Assembly: GCA_964516945.1 (NCBI GenBank)
Contig: CAZFAL010000002.1
Span: forward strand, 1 to 53,488
From: an uncultured Ignavibacteriales bacterium
GTDB taxonomy: Bacteria; Zixibacteria; MSB-5A5; GN15; JACZUZ01
DNA: 53,488 nt
Direction of reading: 5' to 3'
Of the stretch, positions 30,366-40,021 are shown one piece after another. Numbering within the stretch: position 1 is the stretch's first letter; each line of letters opens with the position of its first letter. A program made the translations under genes and the position numbers. The notes below the pieces were generated by a model. It saw only the letters and a program-made list of their open reading frames with translations. It was not told the DNA's origin and did no database searches.

Positions 30366-30449
30366 GAGTTTGTTCAAAGAGATTTGTGCAAAAAGATTGT
30401 TCGAGAAGAGTTGTTCGAGAAGAGTTGTTCGAGCAGAGTTGCACAGATT
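30366..30449. repeat. Array of six degenerate 14-nt tandem units in a 750-nt intergenic region
   Basis: gagtttgttcaaag / agatttgtgcaaaa / agattgttcgagaa / gagttgttcgagaa / gagttgttcgagca / gagttgcacagatt, contiguous from 30366. tttgattca also occurs x3 at 30294, 30309 and 30332. Confidence 0.9.
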
Positions 30450-30853
30450 TCAGCAGAGAGACATTTCTGTAAGGGTTGCAGGGGTAGGGGTAGCGCGCAA
30501 TGATTGGCGCAAGCGACGCACAAAGACCATTTCCGGGAAGCTCCCGGGCGCAGGAAGTTCAGCGGGGATTTACCGGAAATCAAAGTGACATTCACTCCAG
30601 TCCATGCCAAGTTGCGCGGCGCCAGTTTGCCAGTGTCAAAGTACACAAAGCTGGCTTACATAATCGCAATTCAGTATGTTACTGTTCGGTTTCCGGTCGA
30701 CGCGAGACTCTTGCGTGGCTCCTCACTCCCCTCTCCAGAAGTAATGCAGTAGTAGAAATTCCCGCCGGGGTAACGAGTTAACATGACGCAGGATTGCACG
30801 CAGGTATGACAAGTATAGATGATAGAAAACAGCCGGTTGTTGCGAAGTCGGCG

Positions 30854-32344
30854 ATGAGGGTTTCGATGAACAGAGTTCGTTTGTATGTGATTGCTTTAGG
30901 AGTTGTTTTTTGTGGAGCGGGGACCTCTTTTTCCGCCGGATTCAGCTATGACGCAGGTATTAAAGCCCGTGCGCTTAGTGGCGCGTTTCGCGCTGTTGCC
31001 GATGACTGGTCTGCTGCGGCGTACAATCCCGCCGGGTTGGCAACCTTGCAGGACAATCAATTCGGTTTCGCAAACAACTTCTTGCATAACAGATTCACCT
31101 ATGATGTGAACTATCAATTTGGCGGCAGATTTGAAACCGGTTTCGCCAATGGACAGGAAATTCCGAACAAATACGAAGTAAACTCGACTCCCGAAGCGGG
31201 CATTGTGGTTCGCACACCCTTCTGGGGTGAAACAGTCGTCGGGTTTTCAATCTATCAATCCGGCGACCAGAATCTTGATTGGTCACTGTTCCAAGGTATC
31301 GATGGGTACAGCTCATTCAACTTTACCGGCGACCAAAGACAATTCATGGTCAATCTCGACATCGTTAACTTCCAGGCGACATTTGCCCGGGAGTTCATTG
31401 AAGACAAGTTATCAATCGGAGTTGGCATTGCCCTGAAGAGAGCCGACCTGAACTATAACAACCTTGTCTTGCGAACCAATCCTCTCGACCCGTCGATAGT
31501 AGACAGACCGTATGAAAAGATTCCCGAATTGACCAGCTCTGATGGAAATGGCTGGAGCGTCGGTGGTAATATCGGACTGCTCTGGAAGCCCAAAGATAAA
31601 CTTCGCTTTGGCGCGACATTTACACCGAAGACAACAATCACTGTTGACGGGAAAACAGACCTTCAATTCTTTCTCCCTGAAGATATTCAATTGCGCAAAT
31701 CGGAAAGTTTTCTCGGAGGCACCGACGGTTTCTGGCTGACTTCCGGCTTTACACTGGCCACCGGAGCGAACTTCAGCGCCGATATCGTGACACCGGCGTC
31801 CTTCGGAGCCGGACTGGCATTTGATGTCTCAGACAAATTGACCGTCACTCTTGACGGAGAATACACTCTCTGGTCTCAATTTGAAGGAGTCAATCTGGCC
31901 TTCAGCTCATATGACAGTCTGAACATTACTATCCCGCAGGGAGTCGCGAATCCCTTTCCGTTGCTCAATGGCATGGTTAAGACAGATTTGGCAAGCCCGG
32001 TTATCTGGGACGACGCCGGAAGTGGCATGCTGGGGCTGATGTACAAGCCGCTTACCACTGCAACGTTCATGGGTGGCTTCAGAATAGATCAGTCAATTAC
32101 TTCCGATAGTCGCACGAATACTCCGCAGTTTTTCAATGATGGAACAGTCTATAGCGGCAGTCTTGGTTTTTCGATTGATGTCAATCGCTGGACACTGCAG
32201 GGTGTGACAAGTATCACTCATCAATCTGATTTAACCTTCACTGCCCCGGCGGATGTGAACGGGGATACCATCAACGACAATCTTCCCGGTTCAATAAGTG
32301 GGAATACGTACCAGTCTGTCTTTGGAATCTTGTATCGTTTCTAA
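30854..32344 (+). CDS. Outer-membrane transport protein (OMPP1/FadL/TodX family)
   Basis: Signal peptide after Met at 30854 or 30866 (the ORF opens with TTG at 30794). SGAFRAVADDWSAAAYNPAGLA motif. C-terminal aromatic residue (..ILYRF). Confidence 0.8.
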   Translation: MRVSMNRVRLYVIALGVVFCGAGTSFSAGFSYDAGIKARALSGAFRAVADDWSAAAYNPAGLATLQDNQFGFANNFLHNRFTYDVNYQFGGRFETGFANGQEIPNKYEVNSTPEAGIVVRTPFWGETVVGFSIYQSGDQNLDWSLFQGIDGYSSFNFTGDQRQFMVNLDIVNFQATFAREFIEDKLSIGVGIALKRADLNYNNLVLRTNPLDPSIVDRPYEKIPELTSSDGNGWSVGGNIGLLWKPKDKLRFGATFTPKTTITVDGKTDLQFFLPEDIQLRKSESFLGGTDGFWLTSGFTLATGANFSADIVTPASFGAGLAFDVSDKLTVTLDGEYTLWSQFEGVNLAFSSYDSLNITIPQGVANPFPLLNGMVKTDLASPVIWDDAGSGMLGLMYKPLTTATFMGGFRIDQSITSDSRTNTPQFFNDGTVYSGSLGFSIDVNRWTLQGVTSITHQSDLTFTAPADVNGDTINDNLPGSISGNTYQSVFGILYRF

Positions 32345-32445
32345 ATTCGTGAATTGATGCATTTGAGAGATTATGACGGAGAGAAACAAGATTGTAGAAA
32401 AACACAGTCATTCAGAAATATTGTTATCCAGAAACAAAGAGTCAT

Positions 32446-33957
32446 TTGAAGATCAATATGAAAAGTAGAAAAGCTCCCGGAATGAAGGGCATCATGAAGA
32501 GCGTTATAAAGAGAAATGCCACACTGTTGGTTGTTCTTGCCGCAGCAGCTACGGCATCGATTGTCGCCAGTTGCACAGACCGCGGGAATCCGACATTCAG
32601 CGCGAGCCCCGCAGCGGGTATCTCCACATGGACGAGGAATCACGCGTTTCTTGAAACATTCTTCACGCAGTTTTCAGACTTGACAACCACCGGCATTAAT
32701 ATCTATACGCCACCCGGCTATGACGATAAGGCGTTCGGCCGTCCATATCCGACACTGTTTCTTCTCTCGCCATTTCGTGGAGACCAATTCTTCTATTTGC
32801 ATCACAATCTGCAGACGGTGATGGACAGAATGATAGCCAATGGAGAAATTGAACCGATGATTGTAGTGACAGTTAACGGCTCCAGCAACCCGTTCGGTGG
32901 ATCGTTTTACAGTAATTACATCACTAACGGCTTTTGGGAGGAGCTTGTCACCCGTTCTTTGGTCGCCTTTATTGACACACAGTTCAACACCTTCGGGACT
33001 ATCACGAGCGATCCGGTGTTGAGCAAAAACCTGCGCGCAATTTCCGGTTATGAAATGGGTGGCTATGGGGCTGTCAGAGCCATGATTTCTCCGGATCCGT
33101 TCACCGGCATGGCCGCCAGCACAAATTTCGGCTCTGTCTCGGCCCTCTCAGCGCCATTGTTCTTTACCGATAACACTTACGGCTTCCCGCGTCTTTTCCA
33201 GCAGGCGCTCGGAGAATGGCCTTCCTATAGCGCTATTGATTCATCCACCAGCGCTGTCGCTACCAGCTTCCTGCTCGCCGCCGCGGCGGGTTTTTCGCCC
33301 GAGGACACTGCCTTCACATTCGGTATTGACACTGCGGGATTTCTTGTCGTGGATTCAATAAACAAAATCTATGACAGCACAGTCATTGATTCGGTAATCA
33401 CCGTCGATACATTGATAGATACAACAATTGACACATCGGTTGTCCCGGTTGATACAACAATCGACACGACCATCGCTCCGCCTGATACAGCATTTGTTTA
33501 CAATCCTCCCACGGACATCACTTTCCCGACATTCCCGAATCCATTCACGGGTGATGATGCGACATTGCGGATGTTTCTGCCTTTTGATTCAACCGGCGCC
33601 CCATATCCTCTGATTTGGAATTTGTGGAAGCGTCATGACATGGCCAATGTTATTGATACGGTCGAAACCAGTCTGCTGACAGAGCTGTCCGGCAACGTCA
33701 TGGTTATGGCCACGCAAGACGCCAAGTTTGAGCACTTCAATCAGGACACGATGTTTGTTAATAAGCTCAAGTCACTTCCGACGCCAGTGACAGCGGTATT
33801 TGAAGAGTATTCGGGCTCCTACACCGGCTTTGGTGATCCGGGTGGTTCACATTCTCTCTTCGAGGCCCTGCCGTCAATTCTGAAATTCCATTCCGACAGA
33901 TTCCACCCCTTCATCCCCGCTGATTTACAGGTGAAGAATTACAAGTCGAAGTATTAG
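32446..33957 (+). CDS. Lipoprotein with esterase-family (alpha/beta hydrolase, esterase D-like) domain
   Basis: Lipobox-like IVASC. YTPPGYDD..YPTLFLLSPFRGD and GYEMGGYGA (nucleophile elbow-like) pattern. Confidence 0.65.
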   Translation: MKINMKSRKAPGMKGIMKSVIKRNATLLVVLAAAATASIVASCTDRGNPTFSASPAAGISTWTRNHAFLETFFTQFSDLTTTGINIYTPPGYDDKAFGRPYPTLFLLSPFRGDQFFYLHHNLQTVMDRMIANGEIEPMIVVTVNGSSNPFGGSFYSNYITNGFWEELVTRSLVAFIDTQFNTFGTITSDPVLSKNLRAISGYEMGGYGAVRAMISPDPFTGMAASTNFGSVSALSAPLFFTDNTYGFPRLFQQALGEWPSYSAIDSSTSAVATSFLLAAAAGFSPEDTAFTFGIDTAGFLVVDSINKIYDSTVIDSVITVDTLIDTTIDTSVVPVDTTIDTTIAPPDTAFVYNPPTDITFPTFPNPFTGDDATLRMFLPFDSTGAPYPLIWNLWKRHDMANVIDTVETSLLTELSGNVMVMATQDAKFEHFNQDTMFVNKLKSLPTPVTAVFEEYSGSYTGFGDPGGSHSLFEALPSILKFHSDRFHPFIPADLQVKNYKSKY

Positions 33958-33986
33958 CGCTGATTGAAACGCTATCCGTATTTAAG

Positions 33987-34014
33987 GCCGAACGATTATC
34001 GTTCGGCTTTTTTT
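33987..34014 (+). terminator. Rho-independent terminator
   Basis: gccgaacga / tcgttcggc stem, loop tta, then a 7-T run. Confidence 0.85.
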
Positions 34015-34122
34015 CTTTGAAAGAGTACGGCTGGCTACTTGAAAAAACTTTACTGATTCGGCCTTCCGCGTATATTATGCGCATGGAAGTGAATATACAA
34101 ACTGATAAGGAACATACAATCC

Positions 34123-34911
34123 GTGTCTAACAGCGCTACGAAAACCAATTACGATATACTGGCCATAGGAGCCCATCCTGACGACGTTGAGGTCGGTTGT
34201 GGTGGTTTGATTCCCAAATCAATTGCGCAGGGTCATTCAGCCGCAGTTGTTGTTCTCACTAAAGGTGAAATGGGAACCGGGGGGACTGTCGAGATTCGCG
34301 AAAAGGAAACAGCTAAGGCAGCAAAAATCCTGGGCGCGGACTTGATAGAAGTATTTGATTTTGGTGACACGCAACTGATAGATTCTTACGAGAAGCGTCA
34401 GGCAGTCGCCGAAGTAGTTCGCAGGGTCAAGCCGACAATTGTCCTTTGTCCCTATCCGCAAAACACTAACGGCAGAGCGCAGTGTCACCCCGACCATATC
34501 GCCACCGGGCAGATAACCATCAATGCCGTCGGACTGGCGCGTTTGGCCAAATTCGAATGTGGTTTGCCTCCTCACCATGTTGACCGGGTGTTTCACTATT
34601 TCCTGCCGTTCGGACTGGCGCCTTCATTTGTGGTGGACATCACCGACTATTTTGACACCTGGAAGAAAGCATTGAAAGCACACGCGTCACAGTTTCAGAA
34701 TCCTGATAAGCAGGGTGATTATATGTATTATATGGAGACGATGGCGCGCACGTACGGTCAGATGGGCAGGTGCAAATATGCGCAGGGGTACTTTGCTTTT
34801 GAGCCGCTGATGATTGATGACATCATGGACCTAACCAAGGTCAAGGACACGGTGATACGACGTCATGCTATCAATCAGGAGCCGGACAGAAGTCACGACC
34901 CCGGGTATTGA
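34123..34911 (+). CDS. PIG-L/LmbE-family deacetylase (BshB1-like)
   Basis: GTG start. ILAIGAHPDDVEVGCGG signature and a downstream HPDH motif. Confidence 0.8.
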   Translation: MSNSATKTNYDILAIGAHPDDVEVGCGGLIPKSIAQGHSAAVVVLTKGEMGTGGTVEIREKETAKAAKILGADLIEVFDFGDTQLIDSYEKRQAVAEVVRRVKPTIVLCPYPQNTNGRAQCHPDHIATGQITINAVGLARLAKFECGLPPHHVDRVFHYFLPFGLAPSFVVDITDYFDTWKKALKAHASQFQNPDKQGDYMYYMETMARTYGQMGRCKYAQGYFAFEPLMIDDIMDLTKVKDTVIRRHAINQEPDRSHDPGY

Positions 34912-34968
34912 TGTGATTGAGTTTGATTCTTCAGATTGACGCTTCAGATTGACACTTAGTCCGGGCGC

Positions 34969-36177
34969 TCACGCTGAAGTGACAACGGACTTGCGATGAC
35001 TCTGGTAGGCGTTCAGCGCCTGTTGCAGGTCGGCAATCAAATCAGAGACATGCTCGACACCCACTGAGAGGCGCACCAGTCCGTCGTCAATGCCGAATTT
35101 CAATCGTGTCTCACGCGGAATTGAAGCGTGGGTCATTGACGCCGGATGATTAATAAGTGACTCCACACCGCCAAGTGATTCGGCAAGTGTAAAGAGACTC
35201 GTATTCATCACAAACCGCTTGACCGCCTCAAAATCACCATCGAGATAAAAAGACACCATCGCGCCGCCGGATTTCATGCCATTCGGCAGTGGCGCTCCGT
35301 CGATGCCGGGATACAGCACACCCTTAATCTCCGACACACTCTGCAGGAACTTCACAATTTCCTGCGCATTGGCGCATTGACGGTCCAGTCGCACCGGCAG
35401 AGTCTTAATACCCCGCACCGCCAGCCAGCAGTCAAACGGCGCCATCACCGCCCCGACTGCATTTTGAAAATACGCCAACCTCCCGCCTAACTCAGCGTCC
35501 TTAACAATCAGCGCCCCGCCGACTGTGTCGGAATGTCCGGCGAGATACTTTGTCAATGAGTGCACGACTATATCAGCGCCCAAATCCAATGGACGTTGCA
35601 GGTGAGGTGTGGCGAATGTGTTATCGACTACCAGCAGGACTTTGTGTTTTTTCGCTATCGTGGCGATAGCGGAGATGTCATACGTCTTCAACAATGGATT
35701 GGTCGGCGTTTCCAGCCAGATTATCTTTGTGCGTTCAGTGATTGCGTCTGCGATATTCTGCGGATGACGGCCGTCAACATAGGAGAACTCAATGCCGCTG
35801 TTTGGCTTGTGCACATTTTCAAACTGGCGCACGGTACCGCCATAGAGGTCATCACCGGCGACAAGGTGATCCCCGGTTTGCAGGAGATTCATAATGGTGT
35901 TAGTCGCGGCAAGTCCGCTGGCGAAGGCCAGGCCCTGTGAGCCGTTTTCCAATTTCGCTAACGCATTCTGCAACAGGTCACGAGTCGGGTTGGCGCTGCG
36001 GGTATAGACATAACCGGATTCATCACCCGGAGCCGGCAATTTGAAAGTTGCGGTCTGATAAATAGGCGCTGAAACAGCGCCGGTGGCGGGGTCCGCCGGA
36101 TGACAATGCACCGCTTTCGTCTCGAAATGGCGCTTGTCGTTCGCCGTATCACTCGCTCTTGAATCTGCTGCGCTCAA
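34969..36177 (-). CDS. PLP-dependent Cys/Met-metabolism enzyme (cystathionine gamma-lyase/gamma-synthase family)
   Basis: SLTKYLAGHSD PLP-lysine motif. 402 aa. 4-nt overlap with the upstream CBS/CysK-like gene. Confidence 0.85.
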   Translation of the reverse strand: MSAADSRASDTANDKRHFETKAVHCHPADPATGAVSAPIYQTATFKLPAPGDESGYVYTRSANPTRDLLQNALAKLENGSQGLAFASGLAATNTIMNLLQTGDHLVAGDDLYGGTVRQFENVHKPNSGIEFSYVDGRHPQNIADAITERTKIIWLETPTNPLLKTYDISAIATIAKKHKVLLVVDNTFATPHLQRPLDLGADIVVHSLTKYLAGHSDTVGGALIVKDAELGGRLAYFQNAVGAVMAPFDCWLAVRGIKTLPVRLDRQCANAQEIVKFLQSVSEIKGVLYPGIDGAPLPNGMKSGGAMVSFYLDGDFEAVKRFVMNTSLFTLAESLGGVESLINHPASMTHASIPRETRLKFGIDDGLVRLSVGVEHVSDLIADLQQALNAYQSHRKSVVTSA

Positions 36178-37253
36178 AACTTCAGCCCCTTTTCTTTCAT
36201 CCAGTCATCATTGTACATCTTGCTGACATACTTCATGCCGCTGTCCGGCAGGAGCACAACAACGACCGCCTCAGCGGGCAGTGTCTTCGCGTGTCGCAAA
36301 GCAACACTCATTGCCGCGCCGGAACTCCCGCCGGCGAAGATCCCCTCTTTGCGGGTCATCGCGCGCGCCATATCAAAACATTCCTGATCGTTGACCTGAT
36401 AGATTTTGTCGATGACAGACATATCAATCGACTTGCAAATCATATCCTCGCCGATTCCCTCGACCAGATACGTGCTTGGCTCGATAACTGTTCCGTCTTT
36501 ATGATACTGATAGTAAATCGAGCCGTATGGATCTGCTGCGACAACTTCAATGTCGGGGTTCTGTTCTTTGAGATACCGTGCGCAGCCACTGACAGTGCCT
36601 CCGGTGCCGATGCCTCCAACAAAACAGGTCAGCTTGCCTTCGGTCTGTTTCCAGATTTCCGGACCGGTTGTTTCATAATGTGCGTCGATATTTTTGACAT
36701 TCTGATACTGCTCAAGAAAGAAGCTGTTCGGCGTGTCTGCATAGATACGTTTGGCTGTTTCGTAGTAGTTCTCCGGAGAGTCAGCCGGGACATCTGTCGG
36801 GCAAATAACCAATTCGGCCCCGAAGGCGCGCAACGTGTTGAGCTTCTCAGGTGATGTTTTGTCAGGAGCAGTGAGAATTGCTTTATAACCCATCGATGCG
36901 GCGTACATGGCCACTGCCGCCCCGGTGTTGCCGGATGTGGCTTCAATTATGGTCCCACCGGGCTTTAGTTCGCCGCGTGAGATTGCATCTTCAATTACCC
37001 AAACCGCCATCCGGTCTTTGACAGAGCCGCCTGGATTCATGAACTCCAGCTTGGCAAGCGCTGTGCAAGTGACACCTGCCTCGGCTGTCAGATTGCGGAT
37101 TTTCACCAAAGGTGTATTGCCGATGGTGGCGTTGATATCATTGAAATATGTCATCGTGTGTTCTTTGGAAGTCCGGCGGTTGGAGTTTTCCGCTTTGCCT
37201 TCGGTTTTACCTTCAGTTGCTGTATATGTTTCTTTGTTCTTAGTCGTTTCCAT
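36174..37253 (-). CDS. Cysteine synthase / cystathionine beta-synthase family PLP enzyme (no CBS regulatory domain)
   Basis: GNTPLVKI, KLEFMNPGGSVKDR and TSGNTG motifs. The first 33 codons are low-complexity, so an alternative start at 37154 (MTYFND) is plausible. Confidence 0.85.
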   Translation of the reverse strand: METTKNKETYTATEGKTEGKAENSNRRTSKEHTMTYFNDINATIGNTPLVKIRNLTAEAGVTCTALAKLEFMNPGGSVKDRMAVWVIEDAISRGELKPGGTIIEATSGNTGAAVAMYAASMGYKAILTAPDKTSPEKLNTLRAFGAELVICPTDVPADSPENYYETAKRIYADTPNSFFLEQYQNVKNIDAHYETTGPEIWKQTEGKLTCFVGGIGTGGTVSGCARYLKEQNPDIEVVAADPYGSIYYQYHKDGTVIEPSTYLVEGIGEDMICKSIDMSVIDKIYQVNDQECFDMARAMTRKEGIFAGGSSGAAMSVALRHAKTLPAEAVVVVLLPDSGMKYVSKMYNDDWMKEKGLKF

Positions 37254-37451
37254 TTACCTGTTTCCATCGGACGATATCCCGTCCCCTTCAATGATACAAT
37301 AGTGAAAAATCAATTTCATGCAACTGCTGCATCATGCTCTTCATGGTTCTCTCCGGTATGCTAATATGTTCCTACACAACAGATTGGCAGGGTGGCGGTC
37401 AAAAGTCAGCGCATGGCTGAAGGAAATTCTCCTAACCTGACAATGGCCACA

Positions 37452-37931
37452 TTAGTCACGGCTGATTTCCAGAATTTTGTAACGTAACTTGCCGATAGGG
37501 ATTTCAATTTCCGTTTCTTCGCCAACACCTTTGCCGAGCAACCCGGCTCCAATTGGTGATTTCACAGAAATCTCATCATTGTCCACATCCGCCTCTTCAG
37601 CCGGTTTGAGATGATAGACTATCTCTTCTTTTTTGTCGAGGTCAAGCACTTTGACTTTGGCGAACAGGTATGCCTTGTCTGTTGGAATTTTGTCAAGGTC
37701 AATTGAGCGGACCCGCGAAAGCTTGTCTTCGACATCACTAATCTTCTGCTCGATGACCTTCTGCTCTTCTTTGGCGGCGTGATATTCGGCGTTCTCCTTG
37801 AGATCACCCATGTGCATTGCGCGCTCTATTTCGGAGACAATTCTTCTGCGCTCAACAGTCTTAAGGCGTTTCAACTCGTTTTCGAGTTTCACGCGGCCGT
37901 CTTTGGACAGGTATATCGGTTCACGGCTCAT
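37452..37931 (-). CDS. greA: Transcription elongation factor GreA
   Basis: 159 aa. N-terminal coiled-coil (LSKDGRVKLENELKRLK) and C-terminal SPIGAGLLGKGVGEE motif. Confidence 0.9.
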   Translation of the reverse strand: MSREPIYLSKDGRVKLENELKRLKTVERRRIVSEIERAMHMGDLKENAEYHAAKEEQKVIEQKISDVEDKLSRVRSIDLDKIPTDKAYLFAKVKVLDLDKKEEIVYHLKPAEEADVDNDEISVKSPIGAGLLGKGVGEETEIEIPIGKLRYKILEISRD

Positions 37932-38284
37932 AGGGCTATTGGCATCCTTTACTGAAAATTGAAAGTTTACGCTATCGTCGAATTTGGTTGCTGTGAATAA
38001 TACTGTTTGCGCTTCCCCTGAGGCGCAAGAGAAAGTCGGAACCCGGCCATAAACCCACTTGCAAAAGCCTACAATTCACTTTCTCGTTGTACAGTCAGAT
38101 TTATGCTCCGGGGGGCGAGCGCTTTCCTCGTCGGCAAATATACCCTTCAAGGCTATTTCAGGCAATTTATAATGCCGAATATCCTCAGACAAAAGCTCCT
38201 CAAAGGTGGCCGCATGTCCGCCCCGGATGTGCATTTAACGCCCCGGGAGAATGAAAAGTTCCAGCGTCCCGCCCGCTTCTCTGT

Positions 38285-38327
38285 CCCCTGCCCTCTGTCC
38301 TTCGTCCCCTGCCCTGTCCCCTGCCCC
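38285..38327 (-). repeat. G-run tract (C-rich on plus) fitting a G-quadruplex pattern on the minus strand
   Basis: C-runs at 38285-88, 38291-93, 38306-09, 38312-14, 38318-21 and 38324-27. The last four are separated by 2-3-nt loops. Confidence 0.6.
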
Positions 38328-38552
38328 TGAGTGCGGTTGTGAACGCCGCAACATGTTGCTTCCGGCACAGCCACTCCGGCAATCCTCTTAAAAAGCCAAC
38401 CTGTCACCCTCATAGGGTTCTTTACACAACAGTTGTGAGTGGAATTCTGTGTATAAAAGTCTTTGCGTAAAAGCGTCTCAAGGGTGGATATTGTTCTGGT
38501 CCGGGGTCTGCGCGTCTCCGGCCGGAAAGTCGAATCAGAAATTCATTAACCC

Positions 38553-39230
38553 ATGTCCGCACAAAAAGAAGAAGACCCAATCAAAGCTCTTGAAGAGCAA
38601 TTGCGTGAGCATGATCTGGTATCGCTCTCGCGCGCTGAGAGTAAGCTTGCCTCGGCGCGGCTCGTCGACTCATTCCGTAAGATGAGCGCCACCGAGCGAC
38701 GCTATCAACTACGGCGACTGCTGGTCATCATCGTCGGATTCAGTATCCCATTGCTGTTGACCGCCGGAGTCTGGTGGCTCAAGGGCGCCTTTGAATTTGA
38801 AAAGGTTGACATTAGCAAGGAGTTTGTCGGTGACTTTCCGCTACAGGCCAGAATCAGCTCTGATTTCAACAAACTACCCGGTGGTCCGCTACGATTGCGG
38901 CTGGAATCAAAACCCGGCGGCGCGCAAGAATGGAGCGCCGTATTTGAAACTACCGTGAGCGGGCCGGAAAACCTTGATGATGTCTACGCCGAGTTCGTCA
39001 CAGAACAGGTTGCCTTTGCGCTCTATGACACGCTGTTCGCCGTCACAACAAACGGAGGGTTCTCATGGCAGGTCTCAGCGCTGCATGACTCGCTCTCAGG
39101 CGCCCCGATAGTCATTGACGGAGTCATGCTTGATGAACGCGGTGGCGGGTTTCTCTTCCCGCCGGGTGTCAAGAGCATTGACTCCTGCTGGACGACCGAA
39201 GATTTCGGTTTGAGTTGGCAGGCGCCGTAA
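38553..39230 (+). CDS. Hypothetical membrane-anchored protein with two Asp-box-like motifs
   Basis: 225-aa ORF. TM segment LLVIIVGFSIPLLLTAGVWWL. TTNGGFSWQ and TTEDFGLSWQ motifs. Confidence 0.55.
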   Translation: MSAQKEEDPIKALEEQLREHDLVSLSRAESKLASARLVDSFRKMSATERRYQLRRLLVIIVGFSIPLLLTAGVWWLKGAFEFEKVDISKEFVGDFPLQARISSDFNKLPGGPLRLRLESKPGGAQEWSAVFETTVSGPENLDDVYAEFVTEQVAFALYDTLFAVTTNGGFSWQVSALHDSLSGAPIVIDGVMLDERGGGFLFPPGVKSIDSCWTTEDFGLSWQAP

Positions 39231-39269
39231 AGGGTTTTACTGAATTCAGCAGGCGCCTAAACGCTACAC

Positions 39270-39971
39270 CTACTCAATTTGTAGCGCCCTGACACACTCT
39301 ACCCCCGAAACATACTTTGAGCTTCTCGTGATGCGAAACGGAAACATTTGTGTGATAGCAGCGGCCTGTTCAGAATTGTCAGCTTCATACTTCAGTTCCA
39401 GTATCAGATTTGACATGTCTGCCGCCTGATTGACGAGTCCCGGTCCGCAGGGGCCGATTGGCAGATACTCCATGCGAGAATCAAGTGTCAGACGAAACAT
39501 TTGATTCTGCGAAATATAGTATCTACGAAGATATCGATTCAGTAGTGTCGGCTCCATCAGTGACAGAGAAAGTTTTAGCGACTCAGGAAGCGCCGATTGT
39601 GCAAACGCGCTCTGGAGCGCCCGGCCTGTCAAGCCGTTGTCAATCGCCAATTTGCCGATTTGATACCGTTCTTTCCAACCGAGCAGACCGTCTTTGATTT
39701 TGAGTTCCAACACACAGTCCGCATTTGAGTCTACCTGCGAGCCGTACCAGCGAACACGCGCCTTGATACGGTTGCCTGACCCCGAAATGTTGTCCCAGTA
39801 GTTCTTGAGGTCAAGTGTGTCGAGATAGATGTTGTTGATAGCCCGTTGGTAGAACACTTCGCGAAACATGGCCGGATGAGAATAAATCAGCGCTTCCACT
39901 TCGGCATAGGATATATCCGAAATAAACATCTTGCGTTCGAAACGCCCCGGTTCGGTATGTGCGCTAAGCAT
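39270..39971 (-). CDS. VTC-domain (CYTH-like, polyphosphate polymerase domain) protein
   Basis: GRFERKMF..., INNIYLDTLDL.., RIKARVRWYG, VLELKIKDG pattern typical of bacterial VTC-domain proteins. Confidence 0.75.
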   Translation of the reverse strand: MLSAHTEPGRFERKMFISDISYAEVEALIYSHPAMFREVFYQRAINNIYLDTLDLKNYWDNISGSGNRIKARVRWYGSQVDSNADCVLELKIKDGLLGWKERYQIGKLAIDNGLTGRALQSAFAQSALPESLKLSLSLMEPTLLNRYLRRYYISQNQMFRLTLDSRMEYLPIGPCGPGLVNQAADMSNLILELKYEADNSEQAAAITQMFPFRITRSSKYVSGVECVRALQIE

Positions 39972-40021
39972 AGTCTTGTTGTGATGAGAGTGAGCAGTCT
40001 GTGTGTCAGAATTACATCAGA

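Noticed and set aside
30294-30449. CRISPR array or plasmid-type iterons
   Set aside because: The units are only 9-14 nt and directly abutting with no spacers. No cas or rep genes are present anywhere in the window. The same kind of duplication is scattered across many loci.
30249-30781. Small ORFs (84, 72, 90, 93 and 82 aa) in the tsaD/FadL-like spacer
   Set aside because: They overlap on several frames and strands and are composed of repeat units (EELFEKSCS..). They use non-ATG starts and carry no motifs, so they are likely spurious.
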